IMG/VR virus record: IMGVR_UViG_3300017754_000607
Location: 1 to 38,244 of that record
Length of the DNA stretch: 38,244 bases
Direction: 5' to 3' (one strand)
DNA from: a virus
Lineage: Duplodnaviria > Caudoviricetes
Below the pieces are notes generated by a model. It had not been told where the DNA came from. It worked only from the letters and a program-made list of their open reading frames with translations, and did not search any database. Below, in pieces: positions 24,026 to 34,188 of the stretch; within the stretch, counting starts at the first letter, position 1, and each line of letters begins with the position of its first letter. The position numbers and the translations under genes were made by a program.

Positions 24026-26331
24026 CAGTATTTCCCATCTGGCTGGATGCGATAGCGCATATTACCGACACGCCAGAAAGAGCCAATGTCGGTGCTTTCA
24101 ATCTTGATCGCCACCAAGCGGCCCCTCATGCGAGGCGTCACAAAGGTCGTCGCCTGCGTCATTGAGAAGGGGCCATAGGAAAGCGGCGTCTGGCCGGGGT
24201 AATCTGTGGCGTAGAAGGTGAGCTGCACAGTGGCGCTCTGCGCACCAGCAAAATACCCCCACTTCATGTCAGGCCAGACCTGATCAATGAAGACCTTCAC
24301 GTCAGCATCGCTTAAGGCGAAGTAGCCAGTTTCGAAGAAGGCTTCAATCGGCACAGCCTCATTGGCCGAGTTGACGGCATCGGTCGAGGTTTCGTGCTGG
24401 ACGATGAAGTTGTCGGCATTGCCGGGCAGGACACCGGCGCCAATGGGAGACCCAAACACGCTCTCGTTAATCCACGCAGTGCGAGACAGAGAACCATAAT
24501 CCCACTGATTGAGGACTATGTTGTACTTCACATAAGCGTTGATCTCGCCGCCATTGCTCTTGGTGGGATAATACCAAGAGATCTCGCCGAAGCGAGAATT
24601 GGGCGCCACGCGGATCTTGTCGAGGTTGTCCTCGTCAAGGTCTTGGAAGATCACGTCCCAAACGGGGCACATGATAGGCTCGACGCCGCTCCCGGAGAGC
24701 TTGTAAAACTGGCTCTGGCCCATCCAATAGACGACGCCACCCATCGAGGTTGCAGCCTTGCGCCCGATCAGCCCGCACCCGGTGCCGACCTCATTGAATT
24801 GGTAGACATAGGGCAGGCCGACATATTGCATCGCCCAGACGCCAAGGTCAGTCCAGATCAACCCCTGTTGCGGTCCTTGAATGCACTGGACGATCCGAGA
24901 TCCCTTCGGGATGCGATATGAACCGGCTTGATTGGTCGGGGACAAGATCCACGACGAATAGTCGTCAACGTCGCACCAGCGGATCAGGAGGAGATCTTGA
25001 ATGCCGTTAAAGGTAGAGCCCCATGCGATGATTTGCCTTTGCGGCATGGCGACAAACATCCCATCATTAGCCTGCGGCGCATTCAGGATAATCGTTGCGA
25101 CAGGATTGTTCGTAGATGGCGACCACTCATAAATGGCGCCATTTAACGGACAAGAGATGAGCGTCTCTCCCCAATTATCAAGCGTCCAGTCAATGGCCGT
25201 GATAGCCGTTCCCGTGCCTGATGCGGGGGGTATGCCAGACCCATAGCCACCGCTGCCGTACCCGCCAACGCCATAGCCAGAACCGGCGGCAATTGGGCCG
25301 ATGCCGTTGTAATAGATGTATTCGGCCAGCCCAAGGTTTTCCTTGGCAACGCTGACAAAGATTGTGCCAGCAACTGTCTGGGCGCCAGTGGTGGCGTTGG
25401 CATAAGACACGCTTCCGGCGGAGGATGCCGTCACCGTAAAGGTGCCGTTATAGCCAGCCGGAGTAACGCCAGCCACGACAATCGTGCTTCCAACCGGGAT
25501 CGTGTAGGAGGAGGAATAAGTGAGGGTGGCGGTTGTGCCGGTCCCAGCCGCCGTCAGCGTGGGTGTCGTTGTGCCAGAGCTTGAGACATTGATGACAAAG
25601 ACGCTGGAAGATGTAACCGACGAGACTGTGTAGTTTCCGCCAATGACCACGCTTCCGGCTGTAAAGGAAATAAGAACAGGAAACGTATCGCCCGCAAAAT
25701 AGCCATGATCTGCAAGCGTGACGTTGACTGTGGAGGCGCCGCTTGTGAAGGCGAAGGACGGGACAGCCCCGCCGCCTGTGACGTTTGAGGTTGGGTAAAT
25801 AGGCACACCGAACGCATTCACAGCTTCGATCTGGAACTGATTGGTGCCGACCGGGATGACCGGATAAAGGCCGAAGAGGATCAAACCCCCGACGCTGATC
25901 TGCGTTCTAATATCCACGACATCATAGACATCAAGACCGCTCCCGGCAGCGTCGATGGTTACAATTGAGCTGGGCGTAGGGGTGGCGATAGTCGTCACCG
26001 ACACGGCGACATCCGCAGTGGTTGTCTGAGGCGTAATGACTTTCGAGCCGCGCGAGCCAGCCTCTCCGCTGATAACCGTCAGGGAGGCTTCGGCGCCTGC
26101 GGCAAGACGCGCAGTCCCGTTGATATCTTCCCAAGCCAACAAGCAGCGGACTACGGAAGTGATGGCGCTGGTGAAAAATTGCGTCCACCCACCAAGCTTC
26201 TGAACAAGGCCAATGCCCTGACGATCCGGGATGAACCTGATCAGGTTGGTGTAAGAAATCGCCACCTCATTAAGGGTGGGCGTCCTGTTCTGGTCAACGC
26301 CGGGGATGAGCTTGAGAGATTGATGGGCCAT
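24025..26331 (-). CDS. Tail nozzle / DNA-stabilization protein (P22 gp10-like position) with inserted beta-rich domains
   Basis: 768 aa with propeller-like segments (IRWCD, IWTD, VYWMG); follows the adaptor gene. Confidence 0.6.
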   Translation of the reverse strand: MAHQSLKLIPGVDQNRTPTLNEVAISYTNLIRFIPDRQGIGLVQKLGGWTQFFTSAITSVVRCLLAWEDINGTARLAAGAEASLTVISGEAGSRGSKVITPQTTTADVAVSVTTIATPTPSSIVTIDAAGSGLDVYDVVDIRTQISVGGLILFGLYPVIPVGTNQFQIEAVNAFGVPIYPTSNVTGGGAVPSFAFTSGASTVNVTLADHGYFAGDTFPVLISFTAGSVVIGGNYTVSSVTSSSVFVINVSSSGTTTPTLTAAGTGTTATLTYSSSYTIPVGSTIVVAGVTPAGYNGTFTVTASSAGSVSYANATTGAQTVAGTIFVSVAKENLGLAEYIYYNGIGPIAAGSGYGVGGYGSGGYGSGIPPASGTGTAITAIDWTLDNWGETLISCPLNGAIYEWSPSTNNPVATIILNAPQANDGMFVAMPQRQIIAWGSTFNGIQDLLLIRWCDVDDYSSWILSPTNQAGSYRIPKGSRIVQCIQGPQQGLIWTDLGVWAMQYVGLPYVYQFNEVGTGCGLIGRKAATSMGGVVYWMGQSQFYKLSGSGVEPIMCPVWDVIFQDLDEDNLDKIRVAPNSRFGEISWYYPTKSNGGEINAYVKYNIVLNQWDYGSLSRTAWINESVFGSPIGAGVLPGNADNFIVQHETSTDAVNSANEAVPIEAFFETGYFALSDADVKVFIDQVWPDMKWGYFAGAQSATVQLTFYATDYPGQTPLSYGPFSMTQATTFVTPRMRGRLVAIKIESTDIGSFWRVGNMRYRIQPDGKY

Positions 26332-26333
26332 GC

Positions 26334-27107
26334 TTACCCCCGCGACGGGGTGGCGACAGTGGCAGGCGACTGCGAGGACCAGCCAGCGGCATCGAATTTC
26401 TTGCGGGCCTCTTCGACGACCGCGCTCTTCAGGAGGGCCTGATACTGGCTCTCATAGGTGATGGCCATCTGCGGGTCGTCGTTCAGGCGCCCGAAGTTGC
26501 GCTGGTAGGCGCTGATGTAGATCATCGAGGCCATGATGAAGACATCCGGCAGATACTGGCTGATGAAGGTCGTCGTGTTCGCTGCCGAGAGGCTATTGGG
26601 GCGGTAGGTGCCCACAACCTCGACAGGGTACGCTTGATCGGGGACTGGGCCGACGAAGAAGAGGGTCTCGTTGAACGGGACGAAGTATTGAGGCTTGCCG
26701 CGATTGGCCGCCAGCGATGACCCGTAGACGGCATCAAGGAACTCTTTCGACGCTGGGAGCAGCGGAACGCGGACGCAGGCGTCAGGATTAGTCGTAGCGG
26801 AAGCGTTGCCGCTGGCGTCGGTCAGGAGATTGATTTGCTCGCTGACGACGAAGGTGCCGGTCGCTGCGTCCGAGTTTAGAGACAAGTTAATGTCGAAAGA
26901 CAGGTTTCTGTTTCCCGCCGTCAAGACAAATGTCGTTCCGTGCAGGGATGTCGAGGTGAACATGAAGTCGATGTCACGACACATCCGATTTTCGGCGTAG
27001 GTGATCATCTGCGGGAGGATGACTTGAAAGGCCGTGTCAGCGGGGTCCACGACCGCCATCGTGGCGATCTGGGTGACGTAGGTCGAATATGTGAGGCCTG
27101 TGGTCAT
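26334..27107 (-). CDS. Head-tail adaptor-like protein
   Basis: AENRMCRD...GKPQYF...GPVPDQAY...YLPD pattern and gene position. Confidence 0.55.
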   Translation of the reverse strand: MTTGLTYSTYVTQIATMAVVDPADTAFQVILPQMITYAENRMCRDIDFMFTSTSLHGTTFVLTAGNRNLSFDINLSLNSDAATGTFVVSEQINLLTDASGNASATTNPDACVRVPLLPASKEFLDAVYGSSLAANRGKPQYFVPFNETLFFVGPVPDQAYPVEVVGTYRPNSLSAANTTTFISQYLPDVFIMASMIYISAYQRNFGRLNDDPQMAITYESQYQALLKSAVVEEARKKFDAAGWSSQSPATVATPSRG

Positions 27108-27127
27108 GGTAACCCCGCGATCTGCCC

Positions 27128-27156
27128 TTTATACCATCGCAGGACGGTTTACGCCA
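27128..27156 (-). promoter_or_regulatory. Possible sigma70-type promoter upstream of 27107
   Basis: Minus strand TGGCGT-N17-TATAAA with a TG extension. Confidence 0.35.
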
Positions 27157-27658
27157 TGCCGGTGGCTTTGGCCTTAACGTCAGCCACCCGGATCGACCAG
27201 CCCTTGCCAAAGGTGTCGAAGGTCGGCAGGCGCTTAAGGAAGTCGAGGCGCATGTCGCAGAGGGCCTCGACCATCTGCTCAGGGTCGCACTCCCTGATGG
27301 CGCCCATAGAATTGGGGCCGAGAATGCCATCCACCGTGACGCCAGCAATCTGTTGAAGGTACTTTGCCGCCCTGCCGACGCCGGAGTTCACGGCGAGGTC
27401 ATAGGCGGCGTAGTCTACGCCAGCCGGGAGCTGGTCGCCCTTGATCTTGTCCCAGTACATCGACTTGTAGAAGGGCTTGACGATGAATGGGGTCAAGGCG
27501 CGCATGAACTCTTCATTCACGGGCCTGCCAACGTAACCCTCCCAAGCGGCCTTGGTGACGCCCAAGTTGGTCATGCCGCCCGGATCTTTCGGATGGTTCA
27601 CAAATCCGCCCTCGTGCTTCAAGACGGCGGCGAAGCTGTTATCCCAGTTCTCTTGCAT
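27149..27658 (-). CDS. Endolysin, glycoside hydrolase family 108 with a peptidoglycan-binding domain
   Basis: HEGGFVNHPKDPGGMTNLGVT, YWD, D.AVNSG and FGKGWSIRV motifs. Confidence 0.92.
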   Translation of the reverse strand: MQENWDNSFAAVLKHEGGFVNHPKDPGGMTNLGVTKAAWEGYVGRPVNEEFMRALTPFIVKPFYKSMYWDKIKGDQLPAGVDYAAYDLAVNSGVGRAAKYLQQIAGVTVDGILGPNSMGAIRECDPEQMVEALCDMRLDFLKRLPTFDTFGKGWSIRVADVKAKATGMA

Positions 27659-27659
27659 G

Positions 27660-28181
27660 TCACTTGTCCTTTGAAGCAAGTAGGTCATTCTTGGCTTTCG
27701 ATCCGGCGCTGGAGCCGTAATAGAAGTTGACCACTCCGGTCCATGCCGTCCCCAGAGCGCCCAGCATCATCAGGAGCGCCTCCGTGCCAGTCTGCGGCAT
27801 CCCATTGAGGAGCATCCAGATCAGGATGCCAAAGAAGCCCAGCGTGATGACGATGGCAAGAACCTTGGGAACCCAGTCCTTCGTCTCGCGCTGCATCTGC
27901 CGGGCGCTGTCGCGGTCACCGGCAGCAATGCGCTCAAGGTCGATGTCGAGGGACTTCATCTGCACCTTGAAGTCTGCGTCAATCTTCTTGATGGCGGCAA
28001 GCTGGTCAGGCGTTGCCGCAGCCATTGCCTCGGAGATCTGCTCCTCCGTGCCGTCTTCGTGGCCAAAGAGGGCGCTGGACAGGGTCTTGACGGCAACGCC
28101 AGCCAGCGGACCCCCCAGCGCCGTGGCGATGGACGGGGCCAATTGACCAAGTAGGGGGCCAAATTGCTTCAGTAAGTCCAT
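27660..28181 (-). CDS. Holin-like membrane protein
   Basis: Two C-terminal TM helices, DRDSAR and FYYGSS motifs; directly upstream of the endolysin. Confidence 0.65.
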   Translation of the reverse strand: MDLLKQFGPLLGQLAPSIATALGGPLAGVAVKTLSSALFGHEDGTEEQISEAMAAATPDQLAAIKKIDADFKVQMKSLDIDLERIAAGDRDSARQMQRETKDWVPKVLAIVITLGFFGILIWMLLNGMPQTGTEALLMMLGALGTAWTGVVNFYYGSSAGSKAKNDLLASKDK

Positions 28182-28182
28182 T

Positions 28183-28653
28183 TTACTTCCCCTCGATGAT
28201 GAATGTCAGGTTCTTGTGGTCCGGGTAAGCGATCACAACATTACCCTCGGGACACTTGTACATGATGCGGGCAATCAGTTTCGCGTTGCCGGGGGCGACG
28301 CCATCCGGGCTCTCCACGGTCATCGTGTAGCCAAACTTGTCCACTGTCGGGCTGGCGGGGCCGCTGAACTTGGCAACTGACGGGAGAGCCTTGTGGACCA
28401 TGTAGTCGGAGTCGCGAACCTCAAGGCTGAAGTCTTCGACCGTGCAGTCGTCCCTGATCTTCTGGCGGGCAACCACCACCTTAAATGAACCAGAAGCCGG
28501 GCCGCTGGTGATGCTGAAATGCTCCGCGTCCCACTTGAGGATGTCCTTGGGTGGCAACTTAAACTTATCATATAGCGAATAGCCGCCGCCAAGCATCGCC
28601 ATGACCGCAGTCACGACGGCGACAGGCTTGGTGATGGCGTCGGTGTCGATCAC
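28183..28653 (-). CDS. Membrane-anchored hypothetical protein (lysis region)
   Basis: N-terminal TM segment followed by a beta-rich domain with two Cys. Confidence 0.65.
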   Translation of the reverse strand: MIDTDAITKPVAVVTAVMAMLGGGYSLYDKFKLPPKDILKWDAEHFSITSGPASGSFKVVVARQKIRDDCTVEDFSLEVRDSDYMVHKALPSVAKFSGPASPTVDKFGYTMTVESPDGVAPGNAKLIARIMYKCPEGNVVIAYPDHKNLTFIIEGK

Positions 28654-28880
28654 TTGTCAGCTTTTCCGTCGAGCTTGTCATAGATGCGCTTGAACATGTC
28701 CTCGATGTGGTCCATGCGCTTGTCCATGTCATCCTTGCGGACGTAGTTGATGGGCAGATCCACCTCAATTTGATGGATGTTGGACTTCAGCGACTGGACG
28801 GCTTCCCATAGGATGCGGGCAAACCATCCAGCGACTGCGAGGGCGGCGCCAAGGGCCAAGTTGATGGTTGTCTGATCCAC
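28650..28880 (-). CDS. Small TM plus coiled-coil protein (lysis region)
   Basis: N-terminal TM, then YVRKDD...KLDGKADK. Confidence 0.7.
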   Translation of the reverse strand: MDQTTINLALGAALAVAGWFARILWEAVQSLKSNIHQIEVDLPINYVRKDDMDKRMDHIEDMFKRIYDKLDGKADK

Positions 28881-28894
28881 AGCGCCAATCCTTG

Positions 28895-29071
28895 TTAAGC
28901 AGCCTCAGACAATGGCTCGTCAACAACAGGAGCGGCAGGAGTGATCTGCTTTTCAGCTTGGCGCTTGATCTCGGAGATGAGATCAGCAACCTCTTTGAAA
29001 GGACGATCACTCAGCACCGCAAGGATGTTGTTCCAAGCTTGAACCGATAATGTCACGCTTATGTTATCCAT
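28895..29071 (-). CDS. Small hypothetical protein, tail-fibre associated
   Basis: MDNISVTL...RPFKEVADLI; start at 29071 after AGGGG. Confidence 0.65.
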   Translation of the reverse strand: MDNISVTLSVQAWNNILAVLSDRPFKEVADLISEIKRQAEKQITPAAPVVDEPLSEAA

Positions 29072-29073
29072 GT

Positions 29074-29382
29074 TTATTCCCCTTTTTTTGTCCCAAAAAA
29101 GGTCTTTGGGATATTTACGCATCGAGAGTTTGGCTCTAACGCTACAAATTCATGTCGTTTTCCAGCTTCCCAGTTAATTATGTCACCGGATTTTGCAAGT
29201 ATTTCCCACCCGTCACCCAGCGTCCTTCCAGTCCCTACATAGGTAATAATTACGCTTTGGCCGGTCAGCGCGTAGGAACCGGCGGATGCCGTTAATGTGT
29301 ACGCGCCGTATACAATATTCCCGCCGGAGATTGGCCCCGCCGAGATTGGTGTTGAAGCTATACCAAAGGATTGAACGGCCAT
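29074..29382 (-). CDS. Chimeric ORF: fibre-like N-terminus fused to a cupin C-terminal half (possible pseudogene)
   Basis: FGIASTPISAGP...LTASAGSYALTGQ followed abruptly by GDIINWEAGKRHEFVALEPNSRCVNI; AT-richer than its surroundings. Confidence 0.5.
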   Translation of the reverse strand: MAVQSFGIASTPISAGPISGGNIVYGAYTLTASAGSYALTGQSVIITYVGTGRTLGDGWEILAKSGDIINWEAGKRHEFVALEPNSRCVNIPKTFFGTKKGE

Positions 29383-29393
29383 TTACGGTTCGA

Positions 29394-29693
29394 TCAGATA
29401 GCGGTTGAATTGTTCATGTCATCCTGCGACATTACCCAAGCATAGCACTTTGACAAGAAATCCGCACCAGCCATCGCCTCAATGGTCGCCAAGGGCGTGT
29501 GGTAGCGCCGGAAGTCAACGTCGCGGGTGTCGTCATTCTGCGGCGCAGTGGCGTACCCGGCAACGTCAATCATGACGTGAAACTTAGGGTCATCGCCGCG
29601 CATACGCGACACAGAGGCAGTGACAATACGGAAGTAAGCGCCCGCGAAGGGGACGCCGTACTGCGAGGTAGCAAGATCAACCTGAATAGCCAT
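29394..29693 (-). CDS. Tail-fibre-associated protein (possible chaperone)
   Basis: 99 aa, directly after the long fibre gene. Confidence 0.65.
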   Translation of the reverse strand: MAIQVDLATSQYGVPFAGAYFRIVTASVSRMRGDDPKFHVMIDVAGYATAPQNDDTRDVDFRRYHTPLATIEAMAGADFLSKCYAWVMSQDDMNNSTAI

Positions 29694-29702
29694 GTTGGCC
29701 CC

Positions 29703-32459
29703 TTATGCGTATGTGACTTCGGACGATTGAACCGTAGCGACCCAGCGGATGTTGGTTGCCGCCGCGCCAGTAGCTGTAACAGCAAGCCCGCCATTAGTGG
29801 TGTCTGCTGTCACTGCAATTGTCCATGCAGGGACGTTGCTGATGGTGGTAACTGTAGAGGCGACAAGCGTTGTAGACGCCGCCGTACCTTCACGGCGGAT
29901 CAATCCAGTGATTTGCCATGACGCCGATGCCGTTCCGCCTGCGGCTGATTGGCGGGCCACGACAAGGATGTCAAATGTAAAAGCTGAATTGTTGGGAAGA
30001 ACGACTTGGTTAGCCGCACCGGCAGCACCTTCAGAAGCTAAAACTTTAGGTGTTGCGTTTGTTGTTGCTGCGCGCAAAATCATTAATCCAAATTGAGTGT
30101 CGCCAACAGCGCCAATAAAATAGTTTGAAAATACAATTTTTCCGGTCAATACAGAAGAACCATAATTCCCGATAACTATTGAACGTGTTGCAGAAGCCGT
30201 TGAATTTTGACCATAAACAAAAGAATTAATGCCTGAAGCAGTCGAAGAATCGCCAAGCGAAAACGATGATTGTGCAGACGCTAAAGATTGGTTTCCAAAC
30301 GAAACTGAGTTTGCACCTTTTGCCCCATATGTGCTTGTATTATTCGCAACAGCCGCAGCAAACGAGTCCGTGCCGGAGGCGTAGGAGCCGCCAAGGGCCA
30401 TTGCGCCTGCGCCTGTAACGGCTTGCGAACCAGTTCCGCCGGAATTTATCCCAATTGCCATTGCATATTGTGACGTAGCAACGGGTCTTGTTGCCGTTGC
30501 CGTAACATTTTCAGCATACGCCCGCATCGTCTTTTTATCGCCAGTCTGCCAGTTTGTTCCATCGCAAACAATCTGCGTTCCTTCACCTTGGCGCAAAATT
30601 AACGTGGCAACGCCATCAATCGTCTCAGTACTATTCGGATCAATCGTGACCGCCATCGCGGTTGTGGTCGTATTATTCCAAATCCAAACATTGAAACCAG
30701 CTCCAAGCGTGGCCGCCGCAGTCAACGACACTGTAAAGCTGGTCGCGCCAGAGCAGTTGATGATTGCGCCAAGATCACCAGAGACAACCGTATACGCAGC
30801 CGTCTTGTTGCTGATTGTGTATGTGGCAGACCCGCCCGCAGCGGCCCAAGTTCCATCTCCACGCAAGAAATTGCTACTAGATGGCGTTCCCGTGACGGGA
30901 TTTGCCGCCATGTTGGTGACGGTGCTGATCAAATATCCAGACGTGGGTAGCGTTAGGGACGTATTTGCAGTGGCGGTAAATGTCTGGGTAAAGGCACCCG
31001 CGTGGCTAACATTGCCCGCTAGGGCCAATGTTCCAGTCGTAAACGTAGGTGCGGTTGCGCCGCCAGAAAGCACTACCTGACCGGCAGTTCCTGCGGCAGT
31101 ATATGCGTGTGCAGTTCCAGTGCCGTAACCAATGCCGCCAGCAGTCGCTGTAGCCGTGCTGTTAGTTCCGCCGTTGGCAATAGCCAATGTGCCAGCAACA
31201 GTGACTGCGCCTGTCGTTGTCGTAGAGGGAGTCAAACCAGTTGTGCCAAAAGTTATGGACGTAACAGCGGCAGTTGAGGGAACTGCACCCCATGATGGCG
31301 CACCACTGGTCGTTGCAATAAGCACTTGGCCCGTTGTGCCAGCAGCAGTAAAGCCCTCCGCAGTAGGAGACGCTGCGTAAATAACGCCATACTGCGTCAA
31401 AGCGGCAGACTGGCCAGTGCCGCCATTGGCGACAGGCAACGTGCCAGAGATATGCGTCGTCAGGTTAATCTTGCCCCATGATGGAGCTGTACCAACACCG
31501 CCGGAGATCAGCGCGTTGCCAGTGGCAACATCAGCAAGGGTCGAGAGCGTCGTTGTGCCAGAGGCGTAGATCAGGTCGCCAATCGTGTAGGAGGCGATGC
31601 CAGTGCCGCCGCGAGCCACCGCCAACGTGCCAGACGTGACCGCAGATGCGGAAATGGCGATGTTAACGTCCGAAGCTGCCGTAATTTGCCCCTGCGCATT
31701 GACGGTGATCGAAGGGACCGCAGACGACGAGCCGTAGGAGCCAGCCGAGGCGCCAGTATTGGCGATGCTGATGGTGCCGGAGACCGTGATCGGGCCGCCT
31801 GTCAGGCCTGTGCCCGTGGAGATGTTCGTGACAGTCCCCGCGCCAGAAAATGTGGACCAGCTTGGGCTTGCCCCGGCCCCCTGTGTTTGAAGAAACTGCC
31901 CAGCAGTGCCCGGCCCAAAATTTTCCCACTGGGTGCTTCCACGCACAAGCAGCGAGCCTTGAGACGAACTACCAACGGCGGCGTCTATCAAAGTGCTAAG
32001 ACTGGACCAAGAAGGCGCAGAAGTCGTCCCGTTAGAACGAAGAATGGTTGCGTTAGTGCCCGCCGCCAGCGCCTGCCAAGCGGAGGCGCCGCGATAGACC
32101 AGAGACCCCGTAGTCGTCCCGAACGTGTCAAGAATGGCGCTGGGGGTGACATCGGAAGGCGTAGATGTAGAGCCAGACAGGTTCCCCTTGATCGTCCCAT
32201 TCGCCATCAAGGCGAGGTAAGCATTGGTGATGCTCTGGGTCGGGAGAGAAATCGTGACGGCGCCAACAGTGGTGCTGGATGTCAGGGGGGCGTCCGCCGT
32301 GACGGAAGTAATGCCGGGGGCAGGATACTGGGCATTGATATAGGTGCCGATCTGAGTGACCGTAAGGCAAACAGACGAGCCAGCCTGAACGGCCTCAAGC
32401 TGCTCAATGCCACTGAGCGCAGTCGCCGGTGTGAGGTTCGGGATTTGCTCAACGCTCAT
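29703..32459 (-). CDS. Long tail fibre / receptor-binding protein
   Basis: 918 aa, Thr/Gly/Ala/Ser-rich; repeated GTL.VA.GGT and GQVL motifs; adhesin-head-like S.A.G repeats. Confidence 0.85.
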   Translation of the reverse strand: MSVEQIPNLTPATALSGIEQLEAVQAGSSVCLTVTQIGTYINAQYPAPGITSVTADAPLTSSTTVGAVTISLPTQSITNAYLALMANGTIKGNLSGSTSTPSDVTPSAILDTFGTTTGSLVYRGASAWQALAAGTNATILRSNGTTSAPSWSSLSTLIDAAVGSSSQGSLLVRGSTQWENFGPGTAGQFLQTQGAGASPSWSTFSGAGTVTNISTGTGLTGGPITVSGTISIANTGASAGSYGSSSAVPSITVNAQGQITAASDVNIAISASAVTSGTLAVARGGTGIASYTIGDLIYASGTTTLSTLADVATGNALISGGVGTAPSWGKINLTTHISGTLPVANGGTGQSAALTQYGVIYAASPTAEGFTAAGTTGQVLIATTSGAPSWGAVPSTAAVTSITFGTTGLTPSTTTTGAVTVAGTLAIANGGTNSTATATAGGIGYGTGTAHAYTAAGTAGQVVLSGGATAPTFTTGTLALAGNVSHAGAFTQTFTATANTSLTLPTSGYLISTVTNMAANPVTGTPSSSNFLRGDGTWAAAGGSATYTISNKTAAYTVVSGDLGAIINCSGATSFTVSLTAAATLGAGFNVWIWNNTTTTAMAVTIDPNSTETIDGVATLILRQGEGTQIVCDGTNWQTGDKKTMRAYAENVTATATRPVATSQYAMAIGINSGGTGSQAVTGAGAMALGGSYASGTDSFAAAVANNTSTYGAKGANSVSFGNQSLASAQSSFSLGDSSTASGINSFVYGQNSTASATRSIVIGNYGSSVLTGKIVFSNYFIGAVGDTQFGLMILRAATTNATPKVLASEGAAGAANQVVLPNNSAFTFDILVVARQSAAGGTASASWQITGLIRREGTAASTTLVASTVTTISNVPAWTIAVTADTTNGGLAVTATGAAATNIRWVATVQSSEVTYA

Positions 32460-32968
32460 GTCAGCGGCCCTGTCTTTGGAACGGTCGTGTTATTATACGG
32501 CAATCCGGGGTCATTGCCACCAGCATCGGCAGGGACAGTCGGGCTTGTGCCGGGCTCTGTGTTGAGGCCGCCCGGCGGCTCGCCAGTTTGCTGCGTGACG
32601 CGGGTGCTGTAGGTCTGCGTGATGCGCGAAGCGCCCCTGATCACAGGGATGCCCGTGACAGGATCGACCGTGTTCGTGCCAGAGGTCGTGCGCGTGTTCT
32701 GCTCCGCCGTGACGAAGTCCTGAAGACGAGGGTTCTGGATCGGAACCGGGTCTGCCGGGATCACGATGGCGCGAAGCTGTTCCTGCGGCGTGTCAAAGCA
32801 GGGAGTGCAGACGAGGAGGCGCTTGTTGATCAGCGAGGCGCCAGCCCAATCGAACTGCCATTTGAGATCAACATGATTGTAGCGAAAGCCGCAGCGGTCG
32901 CATATCGCATGCGCCTGCGGCGATGTTGCGCTTGTTCTGGCTCGACCGGCTTGTGAGGCGTATCCCAT
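32456..32968 (-). CDS. Hypothetical protein with a CxxC...CxxC motif
   Basis: AICDRCGF...LVCTPCFD.PQ. Confidence 0.75.
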   Translation of the reverse strand: MGYASQAGRARTSATSPQAHAICDRCGFRYNHVDLKWQFDWAGASLINKRLLVCTPCFDTPQEQLRAIVIPADPVPIQNPRLQDFVTAEQNTRTTSGTNTVDPVTGIPVIRGASRITQTYSTRVTQQTGEPPGGLNTEPGTSPTVPADAGGNDPGLPYNNTTVPKTGPLT

Positions 32969-32977
32969 AGGGCCTCC

Positions 32978-33679
32978 TTATGGCCGATAGTATCCAGAGA
33001 TCTGGGGCGAGATATATTGCTGCGCCGTCTCGACGTTCTGTTCAGCGGCCACGGCATATGCCTCGTCGGCGAGCGGCTTGAGGAGCTGCGCCCTGTCTGG
33101 CGCCCAGATGATCGCAAGACGGGAGGCGAGGCCGTAGGCGAACGCATCCATCCAAAGATAGGGGATCTCGACTTGTGTCCCGTTTGCCAGATTGCTGTCC
33201 TGTATCTGGCGGACGCGATAATACTTGAGGTATTGCGCGCTTGAACCATCCGGGACGGGCCAGAGGGTGACGGTGGGGTTGGGCGAGATCAGGCGGTCAA
33301 ACCAGAAGGTGGTCGTGAAGCCTTCAGTTTCCTTGTTCGGATAACTCGCATATTCGGTGCGGCTCACCGGCAGGATGATGCGGTCGATGGGCTGGCCATT
33401 GCCATCGTCGATGACCATGTAGGCGTCGAGCATGGTGACGGTGTTCAGATCGACATTGTAGGTCTTCTGGCCCTGCACCAGCGCAACCGTGACGAGGTCA
33501 ACCGCCCACAGGTTAACGCCACGATTGCTCCAGTTCGCGCACAGCATGTTGGCGGCCATGCGGGCCGCTTGCATGTGTTCCTGAAGCAGGGACGTGTTCC
33601 TGAGCCCAATGAGATTGTACGCATAAAGCGTGATCTCGCCGAGCGACGGATTGAACGTGTAGGTGCCGCTCGTCGCCAT
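32978..33679 (-). CDS. Head-tail connector / tail tubular A-like protein
   Basis: W.NRG.NLW, SR.EY..YPNK and LWPVPD motifs; position after the head genes. Confidence 0.6.
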   Translation of the reverse strand: MATSGTYTFNPSLGEITLYAYNLIGLRNTSLLQEHMQAARMAANMLCANWSNRGVNLWAVDLVTVALVQGQKTYNVDLNTVTMLDAYMVIDDGNGQPIDRIILPVSRTEYASYPNKETEGFTTTFWFDRLISPNPTVTLWPVPDGSSAQYLKYYRVRQIQDSNLANGTQVEIPYLWMDAFAYGLASRLAIIWAPDRAQLLKPLADEAYAVAAEQNVETAQQYISPQISGYYRP

Positions 33680-33688
33680 CTTGGCTCC

Positions 33689-34021
33689 TTACGCCGGGCC
33701 AGCCTGAACGATACTGGCCGTGACCGCGCCGGTGCCGCTGGTGATATTAATGCAGATGGCGCGGCAAGGGATGATGACGGCGCCGCCAGTGGACGCAGTC
33801 AAGGCGCTGAAGCCCGTGGCGACGTACCATGTGGCCCCGGCGACGGTGTACCCGGCGGCATTGGGGTCATCGAGCGAGTACTCAATGTTGAATGTGGGCG
33901 TCCCAGACGTGACCTTGGCGCCGATCCCGATATTGAAGGGCGTCTGAAAGTCATCAACGACGCGGGCGGCGCTGCGAATTTGCGAACCTGTAGCGGTTGC
34001 GCTGATACTACCGAGCTGCAT
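33689..34021 (-). CDS. Hypothetical virion protein
   Basis: 110 aa, beta-rich. Confidence 0.7.
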   Translation of the reverse strand: MQLGSISATATGSQIRSAARVVDDFQTPFNIGIGAKVTSGTPTFNIEYSLDDPNAAGYTVAGATWYVATGFSALTASTGGAVIIPCRAICINITSGTGAVTASIVQAGPA

Positions 34022-34022
34022 G

Positions 34023-34187
34023 TTATTTCCCCTTGCTGCGAGCCGCAGCGGCGTTGTCGATCAGGTTCGGGTAGGGACGCCCTGCGGCGCGAGCGTGAGC
34101 CTTGGCGGACTGCATCTGCTTACGGTTCAGATGCTTCTCCTTGGCGTCCTTGGGGGCGTCTTTATCCCAGAAGGGCTTGTCCACCAT
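34023..34187 (-). CDS. Small basic protein (54 aa)
   Basis: Read manually: MVDKPFWDKDAPK...AGRPYPNLIDNAAAARSKGK*; exactly fills the gap. Confidence 0.7.
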   Translation of the reverse strand: MVDKPFWDKDAPKDAKEKHLNRKQMQSAKAHARAAGRPYPNLIDNAAAARSKGK

Positions 34188-34188
34188 C

